Positions 21,010 to 31,830 of a stretch of DNA of 64,000 nucleotides are shown in pieces. Origin of the DNA: Naegleria gruberi (lineage: Eukaryota); assembly GCA_000004985.1 (NCBI GenBank), contig GG738846.1; one strand, written 5' to 3'. Both the position numbers and the translations under genes were made by a program. Numbering within the stretch: the first letter of the stretch is position 1; every line of letters begins with the position of its first letter. Below the pieces are notes generated by a model. The model made no database searches. It was not told the origin of the DNA and saw nothing but the letters and a program-made list of their open reading frames with translations.

Positions 21010-23081
21010 TTATTTCTTTTGATTTCTTAACTGTTCATTTTCTCGTCTGAGTCTTTGATTTTCTTCCATTAAATCCTGAACTTTTTGTTCTAATTTTGAG
21101 ATTAAATCTAAAGGAGACATATTGTCATTGGTTTTTGCTTTTTCATTCAAAAGATTAAATATGAGTTGCTGTTGGGATTGAAGACTGGCCAATTGATTTG
21201 AAAGAGATGATATAGAAACTTCTTTGGTAACACTGGATATGGATACCTTCTTCTTTGGAGCTGTGCTGCTTGGTGTTACAGCTTCTTCAGGTATCTCATC
21301 TACTTCTTTTACTTCAAAGTTTCTCTTTTTAACTTTTTTAGATTCCACAATTTGCTCATTGCTTGGTGATTCATTGGTAATTTTCTCTACAGAATCTTCA
21401 TCAGTTTCAGTAACTTCAAAACGACCTTTCTTTTCAACCTTCTTCGTAGTATTGCTGCTGGCTGTTTCCTCTTCCTTCTTGAGCTCATCTATGAAATTCC
21501 AACGACTAACAGCCTTCTTTTCTTGGTGGACTTCTTCTACGACTGAAGGTGAGTTAACTTCATCAGTTGAAAATCTGCTTGCAATTTCATTTTCTTCCAT
21601 TGGAACAGTTGTGCTCATAGTTGTTGACATGGTATCTTGCATGGAAACAAAGGTTGGAGATTCTTGTTGTGTCATGGTGAATGTAATCTTGGTTTGACTG
21701 TTTGATTTCTTAATGCCTGCCAAGAGTTTGGCTCTCTCAGCCAAAGCAGGAAGTCCATTTAGAATCACTTTCTTAATAAGATCTTTTTGTTTGACAGCCT
21801 TTGCAAAGAACTTGTGTTTTAAGAGTTGTGAGGCAAGTGGTCTCTTGGTAGGGTCCTTTTGCAAACACAATGATATCATATCTCTAAATATTTTAGAGAA
21901 TTTTCTTGTTTCTGTATCTACGAGTTGTGGTGGTTCTTGTTCCATCACAATGTACATAACTTTAACTGGAGGTAAACCTTCATAGGGAGCTTTTCCATGG
22001 GCTAGCTCAATGGCAGTAATACCAAATGACCAAATATCAGCTTTGCAATCATAACCATGAAATTGTTCCATCACTGAAAAATGTTAAATCCAATATAATA
22101 ACATATATAACACTTACCTTCAGGAGCCATCCAACATGGAGATCCAACAAAGGTTTGTCTCTTACTCCTTCTATCTCCAGACATTTCAATGATATTGGCA
22201 CTAACTCCAAAATCACCAATTCTCACAAGACCATCTTCATTAATGAGAATATTTGATGCCTTGATATCTCTGTGAATTTGGCCATTCTCATGGAAATAAG
22301 CCAAACCTTCCAAAACTTGATATAAAACGACTGATATCAATTCTTCGGATGGTAAACCCTCGTTATATTTGTATCTCATAATATCATAAAGTGATCCGGC
22401 TTCCATAAGTTCCATAACGAGATATAATTCTGTTTCATGTGTAAATGAAGTCAAATAATTTACAATATGTTCATGAAAACTTGTAACCATAGTATGAATT
22501 TCCTTTGTGATTGTTTGAAGTACATTATCTTCCAATCTTTCCAGATCCAATTTTTTAATAGCCACACGTTCATTGAAAGGAATACAAATCGCTTCATAGA
22601 CAGGTCCACTTGCTCCAAAACCAATTGGTTCCAATAATTTATATTGATCAGCAACAGTAGGATATTCTCTTCTCAGACTAGGTGAAAGAGCAGCTGCTGC
22701 ACCAACAGAAAAACCTGTTCCAATTGTTGGAGTATCTTTTGATATAGATAATGATGATGAAGCTCGAGTAAGTTGTGCAGATGGAGGTCTCATCTCCTGT
22801 TGTGGAGAAGTAATATTTGCTCCAATATTGTTTGTATTCACACCGACTGGAGTACTTGTTGATTGATTTGAAGATGTTTGTGTCAGTGTTTTCATTCCGT
22901 TGGCATTATTTGATGATGTTACAATTGAAGGAGGAGATGAAATATTTGGTGTTTGAGATGAAGGTGTACTCGAAGAGCTAGAATTTGGCAATGGAGTACT
23001 GGTACCGGATGATGATAGGGAATTAGTTTGTGGTTTGCTGTTATTCTGTAGCATTGGAGTTGATGAAAGTAAATCATTCAC
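21010..23081 (-). CDS. STE20-family (GCK/OSR1-like) serine/threonine protein kinase with a coiled-coil C-terminus. Two exons.
   Basis: Exon 1 is about 23081..22118 and exon 2 is 22073..21010. The 44-nt intron GTAAGTGTTATATATG...TTTTTCAG lies between kinase subdomains VIII and IX (...SPCWMAPE|VMEQFHGYDCKADIWSFGITAIELAHGKAPY). The kinase motifs GFGASGPVYEA, VAIKK, HRDIKASNILI and DFGVS are intact. The 5' end is uncertain: the listed start at 23081 is GTG, the first in-frame ATG is MLQNNSK, and an upstream S/T-rich ORF 23084..23329 in another frame may belong to the gene. Confidence 0.85.
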
Positions 23082-24077
23082 ATTTATATTATCAAACAGG
23101 AGAGAGGAATTGGATAGAGAGTTGAAGTCCTTTGATCGTTCATTGTATTGGTATTTAAGTCAGGAAAACTTGCTGATCTGAAGGTTGATGTTGTTTGTGT
23201 ATTTAAAAAGGCTTTTGTAGTTTGTTGTTCAATTTTGCTAGCACTTCCTGTGGTATGCAATAATGGAGGCTTCAAAAAGGTTTGTTTAGAATTGTTTGGT
23301 GTTGTTGGTGTCGTTGCAGATTGTAGCATTGAAAGAATTTTGGATTGTTGCTTGTTTTCGTCTTGTAAAAATCCAAAACAACACTCTCCAAATTAAATTA
23401 TTTAAAAAAGATCAAGTTTAAAAGAAAGCGACAAAAAATCCTCTCTATATTGATGATGCTAATTCAAACAACACATAAAAAGATCCAAGATGAGGAAGTG
23501 TGTGTTTGTGTGGCTCTTAATTTGCCGTCTTCGGTTGAGTTTTGTATTTTTTTAGAATAAAAATTTCAAAGTCGTCTCAAAAAAATCACACAACATCAAA
23601 CTTGTCTTCAATAAGGAGGTGTTTTATGGTGTTTGACTTTCCTTATTGTTTTTTGAATGTTAAGTTAGTTGTCCATCACTTGGAATTGATTGAGGGATGA
23701 TTGTTATTCATTTAAAACAATTTGGTTTGGCTGAAGATCTGTGAACTTGATGATTTTATTGAATCTTCTTATTATTAAGGTACAATTTTGGATGTTATAA
23801 AAGAGCTCTACGGACATTGATTTTACAAAAATTAGAACGGATGATAATATTGTAGAGTATTTAATCAAAGAATTGATTGTTCTTTTTGGCCCAGAATAAA
23901 TACAAACAAATAAGCGTTTAAAGCTTTGTAAAATTAAATTGTTGCAAATCATTATTGAACACATCATGTAAATATCTTCAAAAAGTGGTTTTATTAAGAA
24001 ATACTGTACAGATATTTACATTTAATTTTCTATTTAAATTTTAAACCTAAATTTTCAAATTTATTTGAAACTAAAAA

Positions 24078-24614
24078 ATGTCATCAACAATAGAATCAAC
24101 CTCATCGCCATCAACAACCTCGGAAACATTTATTCAAAGTGCGGAAGATAAATCAATTGCTGAATTTATGATTAAACAAGCAACACTCGAACAACAAAGA
24201 CTGAAGCAAAATGGAGTAGACGTTAAATTATTAAAAGTTAAGAATGTTGCCATCATTAGAGATGAAACTCCAACAACAACACCAAATACTCAACAACAAC
24301 CTTCACAAAATAAGAATAAGAATAAGAAAAAACCAACCCGAAATGTGATTAATAGAGTTGAAGTGAATACTGATTTGGATTTTGATATATTTCCTCAAAT
24401 TTTACTCTCTGCACCAGTCAAATGTATTCCAAAGCCTTCACTCAATTATGTTAATGTTATTCTCATTGGTCATGGTGATTTGACAGATCCTGCCTATTTG
24501 TGCCCATACACCTATCCAGCAGATGATAAAGAAAATAAATTACAACACTGGGCATTCATCAATAACAGTCTAAAGAGAACAGACCTTGATATTGATGCTT
24601 TCCAAGATGTTTAA
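24078..24614 (+). CDS. Hypothetical 178-aa protein
   Basis: Clean ATG-initiated ORF with a basic linker (NKNKNKKKPTRN) and a conserved-looking C-terminus ...NVILIGHGDLTDPAYLCPYTYPADDKE.. No family recognised. Confidence 0.4.
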   Translation: MSSTIESTSSPSTTSETFIQSAEDKSIAEFMIKQATLEQQRLKQNGVDVKLLKVKNVAIIRDETPTTTPNTQQQPSQNKNKNKKKPTRNVINRVEVNTDLDFDIFPQILLSAPVKCIPKPSLNYVNVILIGHGDLTDPAYLCPYTYPADDKENKLQHWAFINNSLKRTDLDIDAFQDV

Positions 24615-24923
24615 TATGATAATTGACTGAAAATAATCACACCTCTTCACTTTCTGTTCACACTGTTATGCTTTTTGAATTCAATAATTAATAGTGAGCA
24701 TTCATTATTGATCTTTCACATTTTCCGGAGAGTTGCACGCTAATGTTTCAAAAAAAAATTCTTCACAACTGTCTTGGTGTTTTGTTGCAATAATACAAAC
24801 CATCATCATTTACTCCTTAGCAAATTAAAAAATTTCTCTGCACGAGATTAGTTGTTTGAGTAATAACGAGAAAGAATTTTCACATTAGGCGAAGAGTCCA
24901 AAAGAGGAGAATAAAGAATCATC

Positions 24924-27206
24924 ATGTCCGATAGAGTGGTACTTGGTTTCATGTCCGATTCTTGTGTGAATCATCAACAAGATGAAGAAGAATTAATGAA
25001 TGATGAGGAGGAAGAGGATTTTGAATTGATGGAATGTATCAAGTGTTTTAATAAGAATGACAGTAGGAAGTTAAATGGCAATAACAATAGAAATTCAATA
25101 ATTGAAAATAATTTGACAAGTGGAGAGAGTTTTAATGGGTTTAATAATGTGAATAGGCCTTCAACAAGACCATTTGAGGATTTTTTCAATATCTTTTTTA
25201 ATTATGGAGCCAAGGATACATTTGATAATATTCAGACAAATACTGAACAGGAAAAGGTTCATCGATCATCAATTTCAAATAAGGAATATAGAAGAATAAG
25301 AAAGAAGGTGCTTGAAAGAGTGCTAAAACAATTGAAAACCAATGGGGAAACTAGTATGGTCATTCCAAAGAGGAGAGAAATTAAGGATATTATGGATACC
25401 ATGTTTGCAAGATCGAATGGGTACAGTTTAAAGGTTGTTGCCTACTCGTTTAGAAAAGTTTGGACAAAAATATTTAGAGATATTGTTGAATCTGGAATGG
25501 ATTCAAAATTGAAGACCATTAAGAAACTCTATCCAAATGATACAGTTGTATATGTTCCAAATCATAGAAGTTATATGGATTTTCTCTTGTTGAGCTATGT
25601 TTGTTTCCTTTGTAAAGTTTATCCAATTCCAAATATTATTGCTGGAGAAGATTTCCTTCAAATGATGCTTGTGAGTGATGTAATGAAACATTGTGGTGCT
25701 TTATTTATGAAGAGACAGTTCAATGATCAACCAGTTTACAAGACTGTTTTTAAGGAATATATTTGTACCTTGTTGGAGGAAGGAAGCTTTTTGGAATTCT
25801 TTGTGGAGGGAACCCGTTCAAGAAATGGCAAAACCTACCATCCCAAGTTTGGTATACTTAATCTTGTGATTGATGCTTATATGCAAAAGAGAGTGAGTAA
25901 TATTGTGTTTGTTCCAGTCTATGTCAGTTATGAATCCATGATGGAATCTCAATCACACGTACGAGAAATGCTTGGTGAATCAAAAAAGAAGGAAACCACA
26001 GCAAATATGATTACTGGACTATTGGATTCAATTACAACCAATTTTGGAGATATTGCTCTCAAGATTGGAGATCCAATTTCCTTATCATCCTTCCTTGCAG
26101 ATCCTAACAATGAAGGTTTAAGAAAGAATAGAAGAGAATTGTCATCTCAATTGGGGTTCTCCATTACCAAATCATTGAATGATAATTATACATGTCTTTC
26201 CTCTCATATTATTTCTTCATTATTATTACAATATTTGGGAGATGTTAGATTGGCAGATAAGAGATGTACAATTCCATTTTCCACGCTCATTGAGAAGGTA
26301 TCATGGCTGAAGGACGAAATCCAAAGACGAAACGTTCCTCTTTATTTAAATGAAGCTGAAAGAATGCCAAATCAAATGATTGAAAGAACATTACAAGTTT
26401 TTAAAGGGCACGTTGAAATGAAAGGATTATCCATTAGAGTGAAAAGTCCAAGAGATTTCCTCTTACTTAGCATTTACAAAAATTCTCTGGCTCCAGTTTT
26501 TACAAAAGAGTCCCTTTTATTGTGTGCTCTTCATTCGCTGAGATTGAAGGATGTTAACTTTGAGGAAATTGTCGAGTTGGAAACTCAACCATTTGATATT
26601 GAGGAATGGAAGGAGAGATGTTCAGTGTTGGGAGAATTATTAAGCTTGGAAATTCATCCTCAAGACATGTTAGATTCGAGTGAGAGATTTAATTCGACAT
26701 TATCAGATATGGAGGAAAGAGGAATTTTAACTTGTCAAAAAGTGGAAGGAGGCAAAATTTCTGTCAAGATTAATAATTTGGGATATTTTGAATTTGTCTG
26801 TTCATTGCTCTGGCCATCTATTGATACATATTCGATAATTATTGGGTATTGTTGTTTGATTGCCAACAGAGGAACTATCCATTCATTTGCTTTGGATAAG
26901 TTTGTTAAGAGTTGTCATGAATTTCTTGAAAAACTCTATCACGAAACAAGTGTGCCTTTCTATGAATCTGTCTCTGTATTGACTATTAGAAATGTTATTT
27001 CAAGATATTCCACATGGAATATTTTACATCGAGTGAGTGTGAATAATGTAAATACCATTCAAATTTCTGAATATTATGCCAATCAACCTTCAGAAATTAG
27101 AGAATGGTGGGATATTATTTCACTCTATGCCAAGTACAAGCAAAAGGAGAACTTTTTTGATTTGTATATTGACTTTGTTCCAGTGAATAGAATTTCAAAA
27201 TTGTAA
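24924..27206 (+). CDS. Dihydroxyacetone-phosphate / glycerol-3-phosphate O-acyltransferase (GNPAT/DHAPAT-like, PlsB family) with a C-terminal PTS1 (-SKL)
   Basis: 760 aa. Acyltransferase motif I HxxxxD (VPNHRSYMDFLL) and motif III (FVEGTRSRNG). Overall collinear with animal GNPAT. The protein ends ...VNRISKL*, a canonical peroxisomal targeting signal 1. Confidence 0.85.
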   Translation: MSDRVVLGFMSDSCVNHQQDEEELMNDEEEEDFELMECIKCFNKNDSRKLNGNNNRNSIIENNLTSGESFNGFNNVNRPSTRPFEDFFNIFFNYGAKDTFDNIQTNTEQEKVHRSSISNKEYRRIRKKVLERVLKQLKTNGETSMVIPKRREIKDIMDTMFARSNGYSLKVVAYSFRKVWTKIFRDIVESGMDSKLKTIKKLYPNDTVVYVPNHRSYMDFLLLSYVCFLCKVYPIPNIIAGEDFLQMMLVSDVMKHCGALFMKRQFNDQPVYKTVFKEYICTLLEEGSFLEFFVEGTRSRNGKTYHPKFGILNLVIDAYMQKRVSNIVFVPVYVSYESMMESQSHVREMLGESKKKETTANMITGLLDSITTNFGDIALKIGDPISLSSFLADPNNEGLRKNRRELSSQLGFSITKSLNDNYTCLSSHIISSLLLQYLGDVRLADKRCTIPFSTLIEKVSWLKDEIQRRNVPLYLNEAERMPNQMIERTLQVFKGHVEMKGLSIRVKSPRDFLLLSIYKNSLAPVFTKESLLLCALHSLRLKDVNFEEIVELETQPFDIEEWKERCSVLGELLSLEIHPQDMLDSSERFNSTLSDMEERGILTCQKVEGGKISVKINNLGYFEFVCSLLWPSIDTYSIIIGYCCLIANRGTIHSFALDKFVKSCHEFLEKLYHETSVPFYESVSVLTIRNVISRYSTWNILHRVSVNNVNTIQISEYYANQPSEIREWWDIISLYAKYKQKENFFDLYIDFVPVNRISKL

Positions 27207-27248
27207 TAAAACAAGTCTGTGAACTAGCTAATCGATCTTGATTGGTAA

Positions 27249-28262
27249 TTAATGATTTTGTTGTTGTTTATTCTTCAAGGCAGTGTAAATGCAATATTCT
27301 GTCTGGTCAAGCATGTCAATACATAAATCTTCATTGTTAGCCAATCGGCTTGGTAATCTCACATTCATTCTGGTAAAGTACTCTCCTGTGGTATCTTCAT
27401 AATCAGGATTTGCAAGAATATTGAGAGCATAATAAGCAGCCTTATCTGGTGATGTTATTTGTTTGAATCGTCTTAGGAAGGACATTAAATTTTGTTTAGC
27501 ATCTTCTTCACTATACCTGTGGAAATTAGTATTCAATGATAAACTTCCCACTGGATCCAATGCATTTACCATAATATTACTCGATTCTAATCTTTCAGCC
27601 ATTTCAAGCATTACCAAAATTGATGCTAATTTCGAATAGGCATATTGCTTATTAGGTTGATATTCTTTTGGTTCATTCCAGAGTTTTTCTAAAAGAAAGT
27701 TTTCATCTCTTGGATAATGATGAATTTTAGATGAAATAAATAATATTTTAGAAGCTTGATTATAATCTCTGACTCCTCTTTTCAATAATGGTACAAGCTG
27801 AGCTGTCAGATAGTATGGACTTAATAAATTAACTTGATATGTTTCCTCAAATCCATCTTGTGTTTTCTTAAATTCTGGAAGAAGTCCAATTCCAGCATTA
27901 TTAACCAGAGCATGTAAATTAGAGTGTTTTGCAGTGTATTCTTGTGAAAAATTCCGCACACTATCCAAACTTGTCAATTCCAATTCCATAGTTTCAAATA
28001 ATCCAGGTTTCTTTGGTTGTGTTTTTTCCAAATGTTCATAAACAGTATCAAATGTTAATTTCCCCTTTTCCATTGTTCTAACCGTACCAATAACATGTCC
28101 ATTCAGAGAGGTTAATAACTTTGTTAATGCCAATCCGTATCCACTCGAACATCCTGTAACAATATACTTTCTCCTCTCCAAATCAATTTCCTTGCTCATC
28201 AGCTGACGAAGCGAAATAGATTGGGGTGGATTTTTACCAATCCTACGTAATGTATTGCCCAT
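27249..28262 (-). CDS. Short-chain dehydrogenase/reductase (SDR, retinol-dehydrogenase/WWOX-like)
   Basis: 337 aa. TGCSSGYGLA (TGxxxGxG cofactor motif), NNAG and catalytic YAYSK (YxxxK). The N-terminus MGNTLRR fits an N-myristoylation consensus (MGxxxS/T-like). Confidence 0.85.
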   Translation of the reverse strand: MGNTLRRIGKNPPQSISLRQLMSKEIDLERRKYIVTGCSSGYGLALTKLLTSLNGHVIGTVRTMEKGKLTFDTVYEHLEKTQPKKPGLFETMELELTSLDSVRNFSQEYTAKHSNLHALVNNAGIGLLPEFKKTQDGFEETYQVNLLSPYYLTAQLVPLLKRGVRDYNQASKILFISSKIHHYPRDENFLLEKLWNEPKEYQPNKQYAYSKLASILVMLEMAERLESSNIMVNALDPVGSLSLNTNFHRYSEEDAKQNLMSFLRRFKQITSPDKAAYYALNILANPDYEDTTGEYFTRMNVRLPSRLANNEDLCIDMLDQTEYCIYTALKNKQQQNH

Positions 28263-28597
28263 ACTAGTTGGTGTGGTAGTAGAATAATTTCAAATTCCGA
28301 AAAAGCTTTAAAAAAACAGCTTGAAAGTGTCTTTGGTTTTCTGCTATTTTTTTTATTGTTTTTTTTATTTGAGCGCCAATCACGGAGATTTAAGAACAAA
28401 TAAGAGATTGAGTAATTTATTTCCGAATTCGTTTTCAAGCCAATCAATTTATTAAATTGAATTATTGTTTCACATTCATTCGAATTCAACTCTGTAACCT
28501 CAAACTAATTAACAACTCCTTTAAGGGATTGAGATTTCTTCATCAACCCATTATGAATTTAAATTTCAGATAAATTAGATTATTTTATTTACATCAT

Positions 28598-31306
28598 TTA
28601 ACTCAAATCCATATTGTACAAGTAAATATTATTATTCAATCCATGAGAAGCAGCAATCCAATTAAGGTATTGATAAGTATTTCCAGAAGCTCCTCCAAAT
28701 GCGGCATTGAACCAATCAACATTGGTCATTGGTGAAAAATCTCCAGCAGTAATAGTGGCATTATTATTTTGAGTTGAGCTGTACAAATCTTTTGTCATGA
28801 GACAATGTGTTGGGCTATTGTGCAGGAGAGAAAATATGACACCTGGATAGTTGAGAACGAACATTCTTTCACTCGTGGAACAGAGTCCAATTCTAGTATC
28901 AATCCAATTGGCATGCTGTTTTTCAGACCCAAATGCTACTGGATTTTGTAATTGAATTTGATTCAAAACCTTGCCAGTATTGTGAATTGACCATTCAATG
29001 AGTTTACCATCAGACCCACAAGTTAGTACAGAGGTTTCATTTTCACTGAAATGAACATTTGTAACTTCACCATCGTGAGCCTTCCAAGTCCAAAATGGTT
29101 GCTGTTGTTTTGAGGCAGTGTCGAAAATTCTCACAAACCCATCACTACCAGCAGTAGCTATCATTGTTCCGTTATGATTAAATTTGATGTCGAGTATTGG
29201 TACAGATTTTGGTTGAATGACAAACTTGTTTTCCAGCTTCATTTGGTTCAAATTGTAGCCTAAAAGCATTCCTGAAACTGATGAACTTGGTGAGCTATTT
29301 CCCCCAGCTGATGATGGTAATATTGGTACAGGTGTGTTGCTTCCAGAGTCTGACTTTTGATAGCTTGAGCAACTGACAACACAATAATCACTATTTCTGA
29401 TTGTAGATCCGCAACATGCAATAGCATTGACCTTTGGGAAGAATATTTCAGTGCAAAACTCTCCTGTACATTTTCTCTTATCCAAATCCAAAATTTTAAC
29501 CTTTCTATTGTTCAATCCACAAACTACCATATTATTGGATGATCCTTTCTTTCCATTTGATGCGCTCCACCAATCAAGACACATGGCCTTGGTTCCACAT
29601 TCATAGGTTTGAATTGAAGTAACAGAATTTGAATTATTATTTCCAGAAAGTGACCAAATTCTGACTGTATTATCCTTTGAACTGGATGCTAAATATTTTC
29701 CATCTTGTGAAAATTTCAGTGATGTGATATAATCCTTATGACCTGTAAAAACCTTGACAGGATAAACAGGTTTCAAATTAAATAATTGAATATTGTCAAA
29801 TACACTGGTTGTACTTTGTTCAGTCGGAGTTGTACTATTATTGGTTGTATTTGGTGAGCTTGGTGAGAGGGTAGGCTTTTGTGGAGTCACCAATGAGCTA
29901 TTACTGCTATTATTACTCTGCCTCACTGAGGAAATATTGAGAGAGGAGAAGGATTGATGGAAGGACTTGTTTCTAGGAGTCTTATTGCCCATTGCAACTG
30001 TCGAATCAGTATTTACGCTTTCCTGTGGTAAATCAGAAATGTCCAAAGTACTACCATTTGAAGGGATACTTGTTTCTCTTCTATTAATTCCAACTTCTTG
30101 TTCCAATTTGGAAATGTACGCCTCTGCAGCTAACAATTTGCTTTTCAGAGTTTCATTTTCACTAATTAAAACATCCAATTTCTTCTTGAGGACATTCATT
30201 CTATCTCTCTTCTCTGATTCCATCAAGAGTAGAGTTGGTTTCTCAACAGACATGATGGCAGTGGCTATGAAATTTTGTACACAAACATATAACATTTCTG
30301 CCCATTTGTGATTAAAGAATGGTTCAAGCTCTGGTACAAATTGTTCAATAATTGTCAAGACATTGGAATGTGATTGTAAGAGTGGTGCATTAGATTCTCT
30401 TCTTTCTCTTTCGGTCATACTGCCAGATGTTGAACTATCCATTCCATCCAAATTGCCAGATGATCTAGAAGCTGAATGAGTAGAAGTAGCCACGGTCTGA
30501 GCTAGCAAGTACGGCAAGGCAAACCATGGTCTCCATTCTTGTTCCTGTATTAATTCATGACCGAATCGTTCGAAAAATTCTCTACATTCTTTAATTCTTC
30601 TATTTTGTGCACAATTCACAACATAGTACTTTTTCAATGATTGTTCTAATTTTCTAATAGTTTCATAGTAGGATGATGTTGATGATGAGGCATGTCTTCC
30701 GAGGAGTGAACCAATCGGAGCCACATTACTGCTCACATTATTAGATGATGCAGAGGAAGAAGAGGAAGGCATCATCATGGATTGTGTTGAATTTCCACCT
30801 CCTGTTGATGAATTTGATGTCGTATTGCTATTCAAATCATTCACCGATGAAGAAACATTGAGTGATGAAGATGATATAACATTTCCACTCATCAAATCAA
30901 GTTGAGAACTCGAGGAAGAAAGACCACCTATTGTTGATGATGATGATGATGAAGTAGCATCAATATTAGAGGAGGATCCACCAATAGTATTACCACTACC
31001 TTGTTGTTCATATTGATCAGATGATTGTGAAGAAGCCTTTTGAAATCCACTCGATTCATATAATTTAGGAAAGAAATTCTTCTCCAAATACTTCCAATAA
31101 TCCATGAATGATTGAATATCATAGCTTTTTAAAAAGGTAAATAATTGGTCTGCAATCCTATCCGTTTGGAAAGCCTTGTTTTTATCTAATTTACGATCCG
31201 TTTCAAAATTGGTGAGAGTTCTCGTAAAACCTCTCCATGATAAATATTCCTTGATGAGTAAATCACAATGAATGATGGAATTGTCATCATCTAATTGTGA
31301 AGGCAT
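28598..31306 (-). CDS. WD repeat-containing protein 91 (WDR91)-like: N-terminal WDR91 homology region, long low-complexity S/N-rich insert, coiled coil, C-terminal WD40 propeller
   Basis: 902 aa. LIKEYLSWRGFTRTLTNFETDRKLDKNKAFQTDRIADQLFTFLKSYDIQSFMDYWKYLEKNFFPKL and EWRPWFALPYL align with animal WDR91 ([39 protein letters not shown]...YWSYLERRLFSRL; EWKDWFVLPFL). The C-terminal WD40 repeats include GHKDYITSLKFSQDGKYLASSSKDNTVRIWSL. Confidence 0.7.
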   Translation of the reverse strand: MPSQLDDDNSIIHCDLLIKEYLSWRGFTRTLTNFETDRKLDKNKAFQTDRIADQLFTFLKSYDIQSFMDYWKYLEKNFFPKLYESSGFQKASSQSSDQYEQQGSGNTIGGSSSNIDATSSSSSSTIGGLSSSSSQLDLMSGNVISSSSLNVSSSVNDLNSNTTSNSSTGGGNSTQSMMMPSSSSSASSNNVSSNVAPIGSLLGRHASSSTSSYYETIRKLEQSLKKYYVVNCAQNRRIKECREFFERFGHELIQEQEWRPWFALPYLLAQTVATSTHSASRSSGNLDGMDSSTSGSMTERERRESNAPLLQSHSNVLTIIEQFVPELEPFFNHKWAEMLYVCVQNFIATAIMSVEKPTLLLMESEKRDRMNVLKKKLDVLISENETLKSKLLAAEAYISKLEQEVGINRRETSIPSNGSTLDISDLPQESVNTDSTVAMGNKTPRNKSFHQSFSSLNISSVRQSNNSSNSSLVTPQKPTLSPSSPNTTNNSTTPTEQSTTSVFDNIQLFNLKPVYPVKVFTGHKDYITSLKFSQDGKYLASSSKDNTVRIWSLSGNNNSNSVTSIQTYECGTKAMCLDWWSASNGKKGSSNNMVVCGLNNRKVKILDLDKRKCTGEFCTEIFFPKVNAIACCGSTIRNSDYCVVSCSSYQKSDSGSNTPVPILPSSAGGNSSPSSSVSGMLLGYNLNQMKLENKFVIQPKSVPILDIKFNHNGTMIATAGSDGFVRIFDTASKQQQPFWTWKAHDGEVTNVHFSENETSVLTCGSDGKLIEWSIHNTGKVLNQIQLQNPVAFGSEKQHANWIDTRIGLCSTSERMFVLNYPGVIFSLLHNSPTHCLMTKDLYSSTQNNNATITAGDFSPMTNVDWFNAAFGGASGNTYQYLNWIAASHGLNNNIYLYNMDLS

Positions 31307-31830
31307 TATGTTGTGATCTATATTCCCGTAAAATTCTTTATATTTGTGTAATAATTTGTGTGTTGTGATGATGGAAGGAAATTAAATGAATTTTTTTAAA
31401 GATGAAAAAGTTATTAAATAAATTTAATCCAAATTACAATTGATTGTAAAAGGTAGAGTATTAATACTGCAGCAGTATTTCTAAATTATCGATTCGGCTT
31501 TGGGTTCTCTAACATCTATTATTACAAAATTATCAACAGTTGAATATTCTTTTCAATACTTTATCAGTCAAAAAACCCTTTTAGATACTTCAATGTTCTT
31601 CCTTAAAACATTGTAAAAACTCCATTTCAACTCTTCCAATGGATTGAGTTTTATATTGAGTTTTTTAAAAAAGAATCCGATAATCTACATTATCCTCCTC
31701 TTCATTTATCATTGTGTATTGTTGGCCAATAATTATTTGAGACAATACCAAACGTTAGAATTACTCTAATTCCCTCTACTGTAAATTCCAGTCCTCATTG
31801 ATTTTTTCCAAAAGCTTAAAAAACAAAACA

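Noticed and set aside
22071-23081. Treating ORF-track pieces 21010..22074 and 22071..23081 as two genes
   Set aside because: A canonical 44-nt GTAAGT...CAG intron joins them, exactly between kinase subdomains VIII and IX. Separately, the downstream piece would start with GTG and lack the N-lobe.
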